A DNA stretch of 62,458 bases, counting the filler, from Globobulimina sp. (taxonomy: Eukaryota), in NCBI GenBank assembly GCA_003354225.1. It is 33 parts of 33 records of this genome, joined end to end, with 100 filler letters (N's around TTAATTAATTAA, not from the genome) between each part and the next. Parts side by side here need not be neighbours in the genome. Positions count along the whole stretch, not along the records: positions 1 to 1,797 come from PIVH01011833.1; positions 1,898 to 3,694 come from PIVH01011834.1; positions 3,795 to 5,591 come from PIVH01011835.1; positions 5,692 to 7,488 come from PIVH01011836.1; positions 7,589 to 9,385 come from PIVH01011837.1; positions 9,486 to 11,281 come from PIVH01011838.1; positions 11,382 to 13,177 come from PIVH01011839.1; positions 13,278 to 15,073 come from PIVH01011840.1; 25 more parts are not named here. One strand, written 5' to 3'. The notes under the pieces were generated by a model. The model did no database searches, had not been told where the DNA came from, and saw nothing but the letters and a program-made list of their open reading frames with translations. The first letter of the stretch is position 1. Every line of letters starts with the position of its first letter. Shown one piece after another: positions 1 to 13,280 of the stretch. A program made the translations under genes and the position numbers.

Positions 1-1
1 C

Positions 2-1795
2 TGGTCCAATACATCGACATTTGCATTTCTTACACATTGTAATAGTATAAACTGGATAGGCATTTGCTAACTTTGTAGCTTGCTTATTGTCAATAAAAAC
101 CATCTCATATTTCCCGCACTCTTCATCCAAATCCATCGAATGTCGTAATACGTGGTCGTGGAACAGATGCCTTGTTTTCACATTAAACAGCTTTGGACAT
201 AAAAAGCATTGAATATAATATTCCTTACAATTATTCATCCAATGATAGGACAACGACTTTCTTTTAACTTTGCCAGAACATAATGGACATTGCACGAACC
301 GCTCTGCGCAAATGATTGAAATATGATCGTTCATAAATTTCTTATTTATTAATTGTTTGCAATATTTGCACTGTAAATGAGAGGATATTTTACATTGTGA
401 ACGCAGCAAATTGCACTCAATGATCACAGGACAAACATATACGTATTTTATGATGGAATTATACACATTTTCTAGCCATTGTTTATAGGTCGAATGTAAC
501 CTCTTTTTCGATTTCAAATTGACAATATTTATATTAGTTAAATGCGTCATACATTTAAAAAAATCAAATTCTGTTTTGTGTTTTTTTAATTTGCAATCAA
601 TCAAAAATAATTTGTTAATCCTATGAAAAAATTGAGATATAATCGCAAAAATCGTCTTTGACAATAAATGCCGTTTTACAGTGAAAGTATGCAACTTATT
701 ATGCAAATTTGTCTTTTCTTTCATATGCGAGATGGACTCAAATTGCGTCGGCTCATTAAAATGGCAGTTACTCATTAAATATTTCTTTAAATTTGGTAGC
801 CACGAAATACACGCTAATAAATCAATAATCGACGCTTCAAACCGTTGATTTACAATATTTAACTCACATAAATGTCTAAATGACACTTTCCATTCCAACA
901 ACTCTGTCCTCTCAATCTCCTCCCACGTGATTTGCTTGTTTTGTACGGTCAATACCGTCACATTAAAAAATTCCTGACAATCCATCCGGTTCTCGGCAGA
1001 CACTGATAAGTACAATATGGACGCGCGCGATTTGAAAAAATAAGATAACGACACATTTAATGTATATCTTATATCCAATTCCCACAAATTGTTCCCTAAC
1101 GACTGGAAACATTCCACCAATTCGAAGGGAAATATCGTGTCCGAGATATTGTCTTTGTTACACAGCTCGTTCCAGGGATAATTGCCCGGTCTCATCAGCC
1201 AGGAATTGGGCCGGATGTCGCGATCATCGATCACCAATTTATGAATGTATTTGTATAAATGCACATTGTCATCCATGCCCTTATCCACATTAAAAAACTG
1301 CAGAAACAGTCGCAACACCACAGGGTCGTAAATAAAGTACGCCATCGGCAATATCAATTCCTTTGGTTTATGAAACGACAAAACGCATAGTATCCTGCGG
1401 ATGGATTGGATGCATAATACGTCATAGAGCATGTAACGAAAATCATAGCACGCCACTAAGCGGATGCTGTCCAACGCCGATTGCGACACAAAGGCATACG
1501 ACGACAATTCGCGCATAGTCAGAAACGCCAAGATCCGGCTCATGCACTTACTGTTCAACGCGCCGAAGGGAATACGGACGCCGATCTTGTGCTGATTGCG
1601 TTGATTGCGTTTGATCTTCTTCTTTAGCACGGAAGTTATGTCAATTTTGCCGGTGGGAGTCAGGATTAATTGCACCACGCGGCTGTCGGGGTATTTTTCC
1701 TCCTCCTCCTCATGGATGATGTCCTCCTCCTTCATTTGCGAGGAATAGGCGGCTAACAAGGAGGGGAAGTCCGTGACATCGTTGCTGTCGTTGCT
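2..1795 (-). CDS. Partial protein with F-box-like motif, LRR-like middle and C-terminal TRAF-type zinc fingers (open at both ends, absent from the ORF track)
   Basis: Manual translation gives ~598 stop-free codons: LNSKCMSRILAFLTMRELSSYAFVS (F-box-like), WLPNLKKYLMSNC (LRR-like), CKYCKQLINKKFMNDHISIIC and CPLCSGKVKRKSLSYHWMNNC (TRAF zinc-finger-like). Confidence 0.7.
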
Positions 1796-1797
1796 CT

Positions 1798-1897
1798 NNN
1801 NNNNNNNNNNNNNNNNNNNNNNNNNNNNNNNNNNNNNNNNNTTAATTAATTAANNNNNNNNNNNNNNNNNNNNNNNNNNNNNNNNNNNNNNNNNNNN
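1798..1897. other. Artificial contig spacer N44-TTAATTAATTAA-N44, first of 32 copies recurring every ~1895-1897 nt (last at 60564-60663)
   Basis: Identical six-frame-stop linker flanked by N runs; the contigs between spacers are near-identical in length and sorted by size. Confidence 0.99.
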
Positions 1898-1919
1898 ACT
1901 ATCGGATAAAAATCATATA

Positions 1920-3694
1920 ATGGCAGCGAACCAAAACACGAACAATGTACCTAATATTCAAACCAATTCAAAGCAGACACAAGTCAACTCCTCGCATATT
2001 CATTCCCAATCACACGGGCAAATGTCACAATTTATGCGTACCAATTGTTCCCGTTATCAATCCTCACCAATTGTTCATTGGGGCAATCAATACAATTCAA
2101 ATGCAAACATGAACATCTTTTATCAAAATAATATGCGTCATGCAGTGAACCCAAGCGGTAACGTCGCACCATACCAACAAAATGAATCACAAATACAAAA
2201 GCTTAAACAATCACAACCACAGCCAACACCACAACAAACCAAAAACAAAAATAAACCTAAAAACAATAAAAATCGCGGGAGCCATACCCGTGATTCATCG
2301 CTGTCAATGTCGTACATTCAACAGCGACAACAAGCATTTTTCAGCGACAATCCACCGGAACCAATCTCTGATTCTGATGATGAAATCTATGGTGATATGT
2401 ATAAGGTTGGTTTAGGTGCAAATAACATCAATGTTAAACCATTAAACCCCAAAAGCCATAAAAACAAGAAAAAACCCAAAAAAAAAGCAAACAAATCGCG
2501 CAAAGAAACCGAAGATGTCTGGTGTTGCTCCATATGCACCTATCAAAATAATATGTTGTTAGGTTATTGCGAGTTATGTGGCTGTAAAAAATCTGAGACT
2601 CCAAACATTGTCAAAGTTAACATTTATTTTTACGCAAAATCGCATATTGCTATTGCATAACATATAACTTTATAACAATACGTACAGAGAGTGGTGTATC
2701 CGGATAATAATGAACATAAAAATAAAGACAACAATAACAGTCCCTCTCCCTCACCGCCACCACAACAACCACCAAAAGACGACATTGGTCTGTTTGACTT
2801 AACCAATAATAATAACAACAAACAACAAGAAATTCCCGATTTGTTAAGTATCCCACCGCCGCAAGAAGAGCACAGCCATACCCAACCCAAGAAAAGCAAA
2901 CCCAAAGTCCCAATTCCTCGACGCCAACAATTGCAGAAACATAGAAGCACCCAAAGTGAGCCCAATGTGTTGGAGGTAGCTAGGTATTGGCAATGTGGTG
3001 TCTGTACTTTTGGCGAGAACCCCATCGAAAGACCGGTCTGCAAACTATGCGGAGCTATCCCTCCCGAACGACCACCATCGCCCAATCCGCCTTTTAGCAT
3101 CGACCCGAAACAAATCAAACACAATGAACATCTGTTGGATTCCTTACACAATGAACACCCAAACCCAAATGGTATAAATGATGAAATCCTCGATTTAAAT
3201 GAAGAAACAGATCCATTGGGGCATCAGAAATCCGCCTCCATCACAGAGCTGCCTATGATTGATGAATCTATATTGCATAAAGAAAAAACACCGCCGATAC
3301 AAGCACAAGCGCCCAATGTATACGATTTCGGCTTTAATAACAACAAACTCAGCGCGCAAATGCAAGCCAAAAGTAATAAAAAAGACGCTGTCTTGTCCAA
3401 TCTGTCCAAATTAATGGTCGATGGTCAAGCCACCGGCGGTGTAGTCTTCCCAAACGCAGCCAAATCTGCACAAAATATCCGCGAATTGCATGTCCAGCCG
3501 CAAGCATATGAGATACCCGATTTACCCGCGGAGAAAATGGAACAAATGGAGGCAAAAAGCCAACCAAATAACCAACGAACCATCGCTGATTTGGGTGTCA
3601 GTGTCGGCGTCGGTATCAATGCCAACAGCAGCGGCAATGTGAGTGGCAGCGGCAGTGGCAGTGGAATTGGTGGCTGGTTTGGCAAAGTTTACAA
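1920..3694 (+). CDS. Low-complexity protein with two RanBP2/NZF zinc fingers; intron 2616-2687; 3' partial
   Basis: WCCSICTYQN..YCELC and WQCGVCTFGEN..VCKLC; a 72-nt GT..CAG intron joins ORFs 1920-2660 and 2691-3746 in frame. Confidence 0.8.
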
Positions 3695-4118
3695 NNNNNN
3701 NNNNNNNNNNNNNNNNNNNNNNNNNNNNNNNNNNNNNNTTAATTAATTAANNNNNNNNNNNNNNNNNNNNNNNNNNNNNNNNNNNNNNNNNNNNATACAA
3801 TTTGAATTATTTATTTTCAAAGTATCCACATATTCGTATGCTTTCAATTCGGACTGTATCTCCTTCCATTCTCTGTATTTTCCCGTTTTTATATTTCAAA
3901 ATACCATTTGTCAGACAAATCATCACTTGCACTTATTGCGACCAATGAAATTCTCCTTGAATCTGCACAAAAATATTATATTATATACGATCTTATCGTA
4001 CGCTATGCATTTTGAGCTCTCTGTTTCAATGCATATACCACTGACCACAACCGACATGAGATTGGCGACTGTACGGATTTGAAAACAGCTTCAATATTTT
4101 AGTGAAAGTGTGTTAATC

Positions 4119-5591
4119 ATGTCGCACTTTACGACGTTGCTGATACTAGAAACAATTATCATTTTATGCCGCCAGATAAGCGCATACTCCTCAGACTTTC
4201 CATGGTATACTAGCAATACAACGTTGCCATGGGAAGAATCAGAACATGCATCGTGTGTTGACACATTGGGTTATTTACATATTGTCGGTGGATCTGCCGG
4301 CACAGATGGTGTAAGAACAATTAATTTAAATCATATCACGTTTGATGGTGGTCGTGATAAGATGTACATTGCCGACACATGGAACATAATAAACATATTC
4401 CCTGATTATGAGAATGCAAAAGCGAAAAGTTTACGTTTGAGCTCGCAAGTATACACAAAGACAAATGGTAAATTATTTATGATGCCCATTATGTTTGATG
4501 ATGGCGCCCCAAATACGGTGTATGCACCGCCGTTAATCATATACGATTGCGAAAATACGCAATTTGTACCCACTGATTCCTACACATCGACCTCTATCCT
4601 TGCTAATGACGGTGATTATGGAGGTATTGATATATATTAATTTTGATTATACACAAAAACATTATACAAAACTCTATGAAAAACGCTTTTTGTTTCCAGG
4701 ATATTCATGCTTAGCGTCGACAAATACACATATTTATGTCATTGGAGGTCGGCCCAAAACCATCCCGGATCAGTCCAGCATACAATGGCCACAAACGTAC
4801 GTCTTGGATACGTTGCAAATATACGCAATCAGCGAAGATGAATGGTTTTATGGCGAAGCCATTCCCGCCAACGGCATACATTTAAACGGCCTCGAATCCG
4901 CTGCTTGTTCCAGCGACCTCCAACAAGAAAACATTTATGTATTTGGTGGCCAGGATGATTACACCAATGCAACCAATCAAATCTATCAATATCAGATACG
5001 CGACAATGTATGGACTGCGGTAATAACTCAATTAGTAACAAGCGAATATGAAGCAAGGGCAATACTGAATATCTACAACAATGATATTTATATAATTGGT
5101 GGGCATTCGCCTCAAACTGCGCTTGAAATGCAAATATTTGACCCGCCGACACACAGTGTACGCTCCAGCAACACTGATAATATGTATTTGAGCGGCGGCG
5201 CCAATGAGATCTATGCCGGCTTATTATTGAATATCGGTGGACATGACACCAAAATTACAAATTATAACAGCATCAAATATACATTCATACCACAAATACC
5301 TGACATTGATCTCACAGCCACAGAATGCCATACTTTCAACAACGATAATTATCAAATATGCTTTCAATTTGATATCGATTTAACCTCCGATCGGTTATAT
5401 GTTACTGCCACAGGTCCCTATGACCGGTATTTTGCAGTTGGTTTAGATAACATATTCATGGCCGGTACGTACGCCTTTGTCATATTTAATGATACCCAAA
5501 TCTATGAACGTCGATTGGCGCAATTCTCCCCCGGCCAATTAATCCAACCGCAATCCATCACAATTATGTCCAATACGGTGCAAAATGGCCG
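4119..5591 (+). CDS. Secreted kelch-repeat protein with a following DOMON-like domain; intron 4624-4699; 3' partial
   Basis: Signal peptide; kelch motifs LHIVGG, IYVIGG, IYVFGG, IYIIGG with downstream Y/W; DOMON-like VTATGPYDRYFAVGLDNIFMAG; 76-nt GT..CAG intron restores frame. Confidence 0.8.
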
Positions 5592-5691
5592 NNNNNNNNN
5601 NNNNNNNNNNNNNNNNNNNNNNNNNNNNNNNNNNNTTAATTAATTAANNNNNNNNNNNNNNNNNNNNNNNNNNNNNNNNNNNNNNNNNNNN

Positions 5692-6368
5692 AAAGCACTA
5701 TTTTCTAATTTCGACCGTAAATGGGCAAATTTTTCGACATTTGACAAAGTTGGATGCTTATGAACAGCAGCTTCATAACTGTCCCAAAATTCTCGCCATT
5801 TTAGAATTTCACCCCCAAATTTTTCGAGTTCGAGTTTTGGTAATTTAATCGAAGTTACTGGTCTAGGATTACCTCTAATATGTGGTCCTGGTGGATCGAC
5901 ATTAGCCTGTGGTACTGGTAATGCTGCTATATTGGGTTGTTGAGCTATTTGTCGTCGTAAATCGTCATTATCTCGGGCAAGACGATTTTGAGTCTCTAAT
6001 TCCTTAATTTTGTCATTTTTATGTTCCATAAGTTGCTCTTTTAGGATTGAGAAACGCGCAATTAGATCATTGCTTTTAGCCCACGAAGGAGCTTCTTCAT
6101 CTTGAAATGCCTCAAACTCATTAATTTTGGCTACTTCTCCTTCGATAGCATTAGTGTACTCTGTAGTAGCAAGCTCAAGTTTACTAAATTTGGTTGTAAG
6201 CAAATTAAGTTTGGTACCCACACTTATTAAATGCTCTTGTGTGGTCTGTAGATCATAGTGATGTATGTCTCGTTGTAATCCGAGAAGACCGTCTACATTA
6301 TGATGATTTATCTCCTCTTTCAATACTTTTAAATAACGTGTTACTACACCTTTCTTCTGTGACGACAT
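5692..6368 (-). mobile_element. BEL/Pao LTR retrotransposon gag N-terminus (DUF1759-like), 3' partial
   Basis: Coiled-coil N-terminus then IKLPKLELEKFGGEILKWREFWDSYEAAVH..LSNVEKFAHLRSKL, the typical BEL/Pao gag motif. Confidence 0.9.
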
Positions 6369-6611
6369 ATTTATAATAAAGTAAATAAAGTATAAACAAC
6401 AACAAGTATAAATTTTACTAACACTCTATTATATTTTCAAAATTGACATGGATCAATCATTCATATTACTTTTTCCCTTTTTTTGTTTGTGTTACAGCAA
6501 ATTACGCATTGGCGGTTTCCCAGCCAACAGTGATGCTGCACATTATTTATAACTCCACAAAAGTATGTTTGAAAAATTATAATAAATTATTGAAGTTTTT
6601 GTGTCAAAAAT

Positions 6612-6906
6612 CACTTCGGTTGACACCATATGTTGAAGTACTACTTTCCTTTCTATATAACAAAAGGAACGGCCCATAGAATATCAGAAGGAATTACTTA
6701 TAAATATCGGAAAATAGTACTCAACGAAACTTGGGGCACTTTTGCCATCTTTTTGTGTCTAATTTATGATTATTAAGTACAAAAAATATATTTACTTGGA
6801 GTCCTTTATGGATATTTATGCAACATAATAAACAAATAAATAACTTTTCTAATCTTCTTATTTTTCTTCTTATTCTTATTTCTTTTTTCTACATTTCTTC
6901 TTAACA
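6612..6906 (-). repeat. Putative 5' LTR (6631-6906) and primer-binding site (6612-6628) of the BEL/Pao element
   Basis: The minus strand begins TGTTAAG and ends CTTCAACA (TG..CA inverted termini), followed after 2 nt by TGGTGTCAACCGAAGTG (TGG-start PBS, loosely tRNA-Leu-like), 260 nt upstream of the gag ATG. No second LTR is available to confirm. Confidence 0.55.
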
Positions 6907-8015
6907 CTTGTTGCAACCACCTTTTTCCAAGATGTCTGACTCCAGGAGACAATTTTCTCTGGTGTCTTGAAGCGAAAGGCCTAAAACGCGCACTAAACTA
7001 CGCGATATACTCAAAGCGCGCCCTAAAATTATGGTATCACAGAAAATAAATTCTAATATAAAGTAAACTAATAATAAATCATGGTTAAATCCATGACACT
7101 CCCCAAAAAACGAAAAGAAAATTAACTTAATGTTCAACTTTTATCATTTCTTTCTTCATCTTCTGGCTGTGTGAATGTACAGCATAACAAATTAGAATAC
7201 CAGAAAGACCATACAAAACCAAATAATAAATTTCTTCTTTTGAAATACCATAAATGCACCATAGAATACTGGATTCTTTTCTTAGATGAAACCAGAAATC
7301 GGCCATACCAAATTCGCCATATTCTTTCTTCAAATTATTTGCGGAATTACCATATGACTTCTTGGGCAGACGAAATTGGGGGTTTAGGGCTTCTTCACTG
7401 CGCCATACTTCTAACATGAGCATGCACACGCAGACTTGTCGGGGACGATTCCTGCTATTACTGATGACAGGTGATATGCTACCGTAGCNNNNNNNNNNNN
7501 NNNNNNNNNNNNNNNNNNNNNNNNNNNNNNNNTTAATTAATTAANNNNNNNNNNNNNNNNNNNNNNNNNNNNNNNNNNNNNNNNNNNNAAACATGAAATA
7601 CTAGTAATCTCAAAACCAAATTCTAAATTCAAACAACTTCCGTTACATAAATTAATATCTTTTGTATCATTTATTACAATAATTATATTTGTACTGGCAA
7701 TCATATTTTCAGCTATATTGGTCTCAATGGATGCTATCTTTTCAACGCAACTATTTTGTAATCAAAAAGTGTGAAACCATAAGTGAATTGAAAGCAAAGT
7801 CGATAATCAAGTTTATTTTATCCGTCTACAGTCTATATTTATTAGTCTAATCGAATAAATGTTTAATTATATCAATCATATTTATGTTGAAAAGGATCAT
7901 AAAGTTTTTAGAAACCTTGATATCGTTGCTGGGACGAATAAAATTGTAATTCAATTGTTAACATTGTCATTCTCAAAATTTTCAAATAAATTATGTTTCA
8001 AAAAAAGAATGTTGT

Positions 8016-9365
8016 TTAACAAAAGTCAGCAATAATATTGGATAACACCATTGCTTGAATCGCTATCAACGCCTTATAATGTCTGCCGTCTTCCATGTTT
8101 GTATATTGACATCGAGACTGAAATGAATTGATTACTTTGTAATGATCATATAATATTAATTTGGTCCCATTCGTTTCAATTTGTTTTTTATAAATATAGT
8201 CCATCATACGATTTCGCACTGTATTTGACCCAAAATTGGTGAAAGCATATTTATACGAACATTGTTTACATTTCTTCTTTATCTGCTTTTCCAAAATTAA
8301 ACATTGTTCAATATCACAAACATCTTTTTTGTTAATTTTAATACCATTTCTATTTACATCTTTTGAATGATTTAAATAATTCTTCAAACACAATTTTTTA
8401 TATTCAGTTTCATTGTAATCATCATCTTCGTAAAAATGATATAAATTATCATTCAAAACAGCAATCGTTTTATACCCTTCATCAAATTTTTGCAAATGAC
8501 AGATCGGATTATTTGTTCTGAAAATTACACATTTTACATTCTTTGATATGGCGAATTTTATATATTTATTCCAACTTTCTTCCCATTTGTTCAATAAATA
8601 TGCTTTTTCATTTGCTCGAACCGGATACAAATGCAATCTATGCATTGCACCAAAATCAGTGTAAAACACGTCCATATTTTTTAAATTCTTTCCCATTGTC
8701 CAATGCTCATTTTTCATATACATTCCATCTGTAATAGATTCAGAGTCCAATTTAATCAAAGTGGTATTTGATTTGTTAAAAGTTTTCGGACAATTTGGAG
8801 TTTTGTAATCCTTTTCAAACGTTTTATTGTCAAAAGTCAAATTCTTTAATATCAATCCTCCGTTAATTGGAAACAATGACTCGCTATCATATAATTCATA
8901 TGTTACAGCTTTTGTGTATTTATAGATTTTTTTGATCAATGAATCTCCATCAAATACAACCGTTTTATTTGCAAATGATTCTTTTATTAAATCCAATGAA
9001 AATTTCTTGAATGGTTTAATGTCATCATTGCTTGTTTCAAACTTTGGTGCATTTGATAGCTTTTTAATATATTTATCGATAACAATTTGATAGTGCGGTG
9101 TGTCTGGTTCATGATCAAATGTTGGCTCTGATGTTGGCTCTAATGTTGGCTCAAATGTCGGTTCTAATGATGGATAAAAGGTAGGCAAAGAAGTGGGTGA
9201 TGTATCATTAATATTAATACCGACAGAAGAAATGGTTAAAATAAAATTTAAATTTGGTGTAATTAACATGACTGTCATGACAACAATGAACAGCACAAAA
9301 CCGACAATACTTAATGACAAACAACTATCTTGCTCCCTCAACATCGACATGCTTTGCTTGATCAT
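8016..9365 (-). CDS. Type II membrane SGNH/PC-esterase (TBL-like) putative O-acyltransferase or esterase
   Basis: N-terminal TM helix, PTxEPT stalk, VVFDGDSL (GDS) and C-terminal DGRHY (DxxH) catalytic motifs. Confidence 0.7.
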   Translation of the reverse strand: MIKQSMSMLREQDSCLSLSIVGFVLFIVVMTVMLITPNLNFILTISSVGININDTSPTSLPTFYPSLEPTFEPTLEPTSEPTFDHEPDTPHYQIVIDKYIKKLSNAPKFETSNDDIKPFKKFSLDLIKESFANKTVVFDGDSLIKKIYKYTKAVTYELYDSESLFPINGGLILKNLTFDNKTFEKDYKTPNCPKTFNKSNTTLIKLDSESITDGMYMKNEHWTMGKNLKNMDVFYTDFGAMHRLHLYPVRANEKAYLLNKWEESWNKYIKFAISKNVKCVIFRTNNPICHLQKFDEGYKTIAVLNDNLYHFYEDDDYNETEYKKLCLKNYLNHSKDVNRNGIKINKKDVCDIEQCLILEKQIKKKCKQCSYKYAFTNFGSNTVRNRMMDYIYKKQIETNGTKLILYDHYKVINSFQSRCQYTNMEDGRHYKALIAIQAMVLSNIIADFC

Positions 9366-9693
9366 TTCGTTTTTTTTTGTGTGTGNNNNNNNNNNNNNNN
9401 NNNNNNNNNNNNNNNNNNNNNNNNNNNNNTTAATTAATTAANNNNNNNNNNNNNNNNNNNNNNNNNNNNNNNNNNNNNNNNNNNNGAACAGTAAAAAGTT
9501 GTGGTACTCTGGATCATAACTCCCTTCACTATGACATATTCGAGGATATTCACGTTTTTCATGTCTGCTGGTCATCCATGCGCCAACTATAATGTTACAG
9601 AGTGTGTAAGTGTATACTACAGTCACCATGCACAGAGCATAACGTGTTTTACAATGTGCGAAATACTTCAATGGTATCATAACTGCAAGCAAG

Positions 9694-11118
9694 TAGGGAT
9701 GCACACGAAAATTAATATCTATATTATATAGAAATTAAAATTGGCCATTTTAATTTTCGTATTTTACGAGTACGATATAGAAATTAAACTGTGGGTTGTT
9801 CCCGCTTTATGCGTACGAATTTATCTGCCACCCATACGTAAATTAATTCTCGTATACGTAAATTAATTTCAGTACCCATCACATCCGGTTTTGTCCTGAC
9901 GCAGTCGCGTACTGTGGCAGCTTTATTTACTTTTTTTCCGTTGGGCGGGCCATATTTAACATTTTTCTCTTCAGTTTGGTTCGTTTATGTAGTTTAAAGT
10001 TAGAAATGTCAGCTAAACCTGAAGCTAAGAACATTAGAGGCGCTGGGCGCAAAAGAACTGCTATAGCTCATGATTATTTTACTGTGAAAGAAGATGGATT
10101 TGTGGAATGCAAACTGTTCGATGGCGAAAATTGCAAATTTCGCAAGAAAGAGTATAATCCAACGAATCTCGAATACCACTTAGCTCGATGCCACTCCTCC
10201 GATGGTACCTATCAGGAATATTTGGACAAAAAAGAGAAGTCGAAAGCACAAAAAACGCCTCAAACTGCTAAATTTTCACCGGACGCCTTATCATCAGGTA
10301 TACTGTAGTAGCTAGAGTCGCTTATTTTTCGTAAATTTGCGGCAAAAACCAATTTACGCAATTTGACTAATTTTGAAAAGCAAAGAAATCACTATCACTA
10401 TGAAATTTGAAGTTTTTCACCAAAAATTGCCGTTTTTAAATGAAAATTTATGATTTTAGCGCATTATTTGGGAAATTTTCGTTTGTTTAATATACATTTT
10501 TTAAAAAAATGTTAATTTATAAAAACAGATGCTTACTTTGAATAACAAAAGTCAGTTTTGACGAAAAAAGACTCGATATGCTCCAATTTTACTGTGAAAA
10601 CGTCATTTTTTTGCGGAAAAATTGTAGTTCTTAGTTGCTTTTAGAAAATTAGATGGCCCAACGTTAATTTCTTTCATGATTAGATTTAACGAACTGGAAA
10701 AATACCATAAGTCATGTTTTTAGGCTCCCGAGATATCCGTTCTGCATTTGGTAATGTTTATGATGTCAAAAATGCATTTGAAAGATCAAAAGTTGATCGA
10801 ATTAACCGAAAATATACTGCAATGATTGCAGCAAACCCCCATCTTCCATATTCGTTGTCTCAATGTGCATTTTTCAAATTGTTCGCAAAAGAGTTAAATC
10901 CACGTTGGGATCCACCTGACCGAATGAGTGTCAATCGGCATGTACCTGATTTGATAGCAAAAGTAAAAGAAGCAATGAAACTCAAACTCCATGAAGCAAC
11001 CAGACTTTGTCCATCTTCTGATATTTGGACATCACGTGATGGTACTCCATTCATTGCAGTAAAAGTACAATATTTTGACCAGCAGGGATATATTCTAGAT
11101 AGGCTGTCTGGCCGTTAA
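9694..11118 (+). mobile_element. hAT DNA transposon 5' part: putative TIR at 9694, BED zinc finger exon (10006-10297), intron 10298-10723, transposase exon
   Basis: TAGGGATGCAC hAT-like terminus; subterminal AAATTAAT/CGTA repeats; BED finger AHDYF..CKL..C..PTNLEYHLARCH; LPYS..FFK..LNPRWDPP and SSDIWTS (first catalytic Asp). The splice is in frame. Confidence 0.85.
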
Positions 11119-11381
11119 CGGCCGTTTCAAACCTTTTCTTTTCTTCATTATTGGTGACGACTAATTCATTCATGATGTTTTAGGCGGGAATGAGCATAAA
11201 ACGGCCGTAAGCCACAAAAGCAGCCATTAACAGGAGAATGAGATTCATCACAATTGCTTGAGCCCCATCCGCTCGTTTTATNNNNNNNNNNNNNNNNNNN
11301 NNNNNNNNNNNNNNNNNNNNNNNNNTTAATTAATTAANNNNNNNNNNNNNNNNNNNNNNNNNNNNNNNNNNNNNNNNNNNN

Positions 11382-13059
11382 GTACTTACAGTATAAGCAA
11401 GATGGTGTTGTTTTATTCGGTTATGATTATGAAAAAGCCTTTGACCGTGTTGATCAATCCTGGATGTTAAAAGTACTAGAAAGAATGAATTTTGGTCCTA
11501 TCTTTCTAAGATGGATCACAGCTATATATAATGGCATATCTGCCAAAGTTGAAATTAACGGTTTATTCACTAAGTCATTTGATGTAACACGTGGTATTAG
11601 GCAAGGATGTCCTGTGTCCATGCTACTGTTTGTTTTACAAGCTGAACCATTTTTAGAGGCAGTACGTCAAAATTCTAAAATTCAAGGATATTCTTTGCCA
11701 TTCTATTCTGGAATGGGCCAGCTAAAGTGTTTGTCATATGCTGATGACAACTTGTTTATATTGAAAAACCCCTATGATCGGGTTGAGTTAGAAAGGGAAA
11801 TTCTACAATACTCCAGAGCATCTGGAGCAAAAATAAATGATACTAAAACAGAGGCAATCATCCTTGGTCGTCTGTCTGATGACAAAAGTGCTACAATTCC
11901 TCGTCAATATTTGAAAAGCGAAATTAAGTTTCTTGGTGTCTGGGTTGGCAAAAACCAGCACAGACTTAATTGGCAATCTGCCATTGAATCTATTGCAAAA
12001 CGACTTCATAATGGAAATAAATTTTCAATGACTTGGTTTGACAGAATAAAATTTGTAAACATTTATGTTTTGTCGAAGGTATACCATATTATTCCATTTG
12101 AACCACCAGATAAGGCTGATATAAAAGCCATTGAAACAAAAATTCTAAAATTTGTTTGGGACTACCCAATCTGGCGTCCTATAAGAACAGACACACTTAG
12201 TAAAAAATGGCAAGATGGGGGTCTTCGCCTGCCCAGGTTAAAATATAGATGCCTTACTTTTTTTGCTAAGCTAATTGATCTGTTATATAAAGGTTGTGAC
12301 GAAAAGTTTAGACGTGTGTGGTGGGCACAAATGGTCTTTTGGCTTGGTTTAAATATTCCAAATATACGACAAATCTGTCCAAAAATTACTGAAAACAGGT
12401 ATCTTCATGCGCCTTTGTCCATAGCAGTAAAATCTGTATATGTTAAATTTGTTAATGAGTCCATAAAAGCCATATCTGGCTTAGTTCCACCTATTGATTG
12501 GTCAAAATTCGAGACCAGAAGTATTTACTGGAAATTGTTGTATAATGGTTCCAGTAGTGTCACCTGTGTGGCAACAGAGCCCTTCACTGACTGGGGTAAA
12601 GTTTGGCCTGAAATACTGTCTAGAGAGCTTCCCAGTAAGGAAAGACTCTTGAGTTATAAAATAATACATCATGCTTTGCCTTTTAAGTCCTTTCTATCTG
12701 ATCTAGATAAAAGATGTGTTGCCTGTGGTCTAGATGGGGCTGACAACCCTAGACATTTTTTCTCAGAATGCTGTAAATATCATCAGTTACGTGAAAGATT
12801 AAATATTGCTATTAGAGGTCTCAGTCTAAGCTTAAACTTGAACTGGGATACTGTAAGATTCAATGGTGCACTGGGACCAAATCTGGCCCAAAGAGAACGT
12901 AGAATTCTCCGCACAATCTGTGCTGTATATAAATCGGTACTTTGGGCTGAACGCCAAAATGCTCGGGCTATGGCCAACTATATTCTGTATAATCCTGATA
13001 TAGATGTCTTGGATGACAAAATAGCAACGAAATGTCAAGAAACATTATCTATCACTTAA
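11382..13059 (+). mobile_element. Non-LTR retrotransposon ORF2 (L1/Tx1-like reverse transcriptase plus C-terminal CCHC), 5' partial
   Basis: DYEKAFDRV, GIRQGCPVSMLLF, YADD, KFLGVW, DGGLRLP and CVACG..HFFSEC; AATAAA right after the stop. Confidence 0.95.
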
Positions 13060-13280
13060 AATAAAAAACGTGCGATCGCACGAATGTGTGTGATTGTGAT
13101 CAGGACGTCCGTTCTGGATGTCATTTGTTATGTATATTATTATATGTATTTATCTGTTAATTCTGTTATGATAATTTNNNNNNNNNNNNNNNNNNNNNNN
13201 NNNNNNNNNNNNNNNNNNNNNTTAATTAATTAANNNNNNNNNNNNNNNNNNNNNNNNNNNNNNNNNNNNNNNNNNNNCAG

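Noticed and set aside
1842-1853. Regularly spaced TTAATTAATTAA as a biological repeat or array
   Set aside because: It is a synthetic six-frame stop linker embedded in N runs; ORF ends reading XXXX..LIN are artefacts of it.
7461-7488. Other CTGATGA hammerhead-core matches (here and near 28759)
   Set aside because: No stem II, GAAA or matching cleavage-site strand is visible; the first is also truncated by the contig end.
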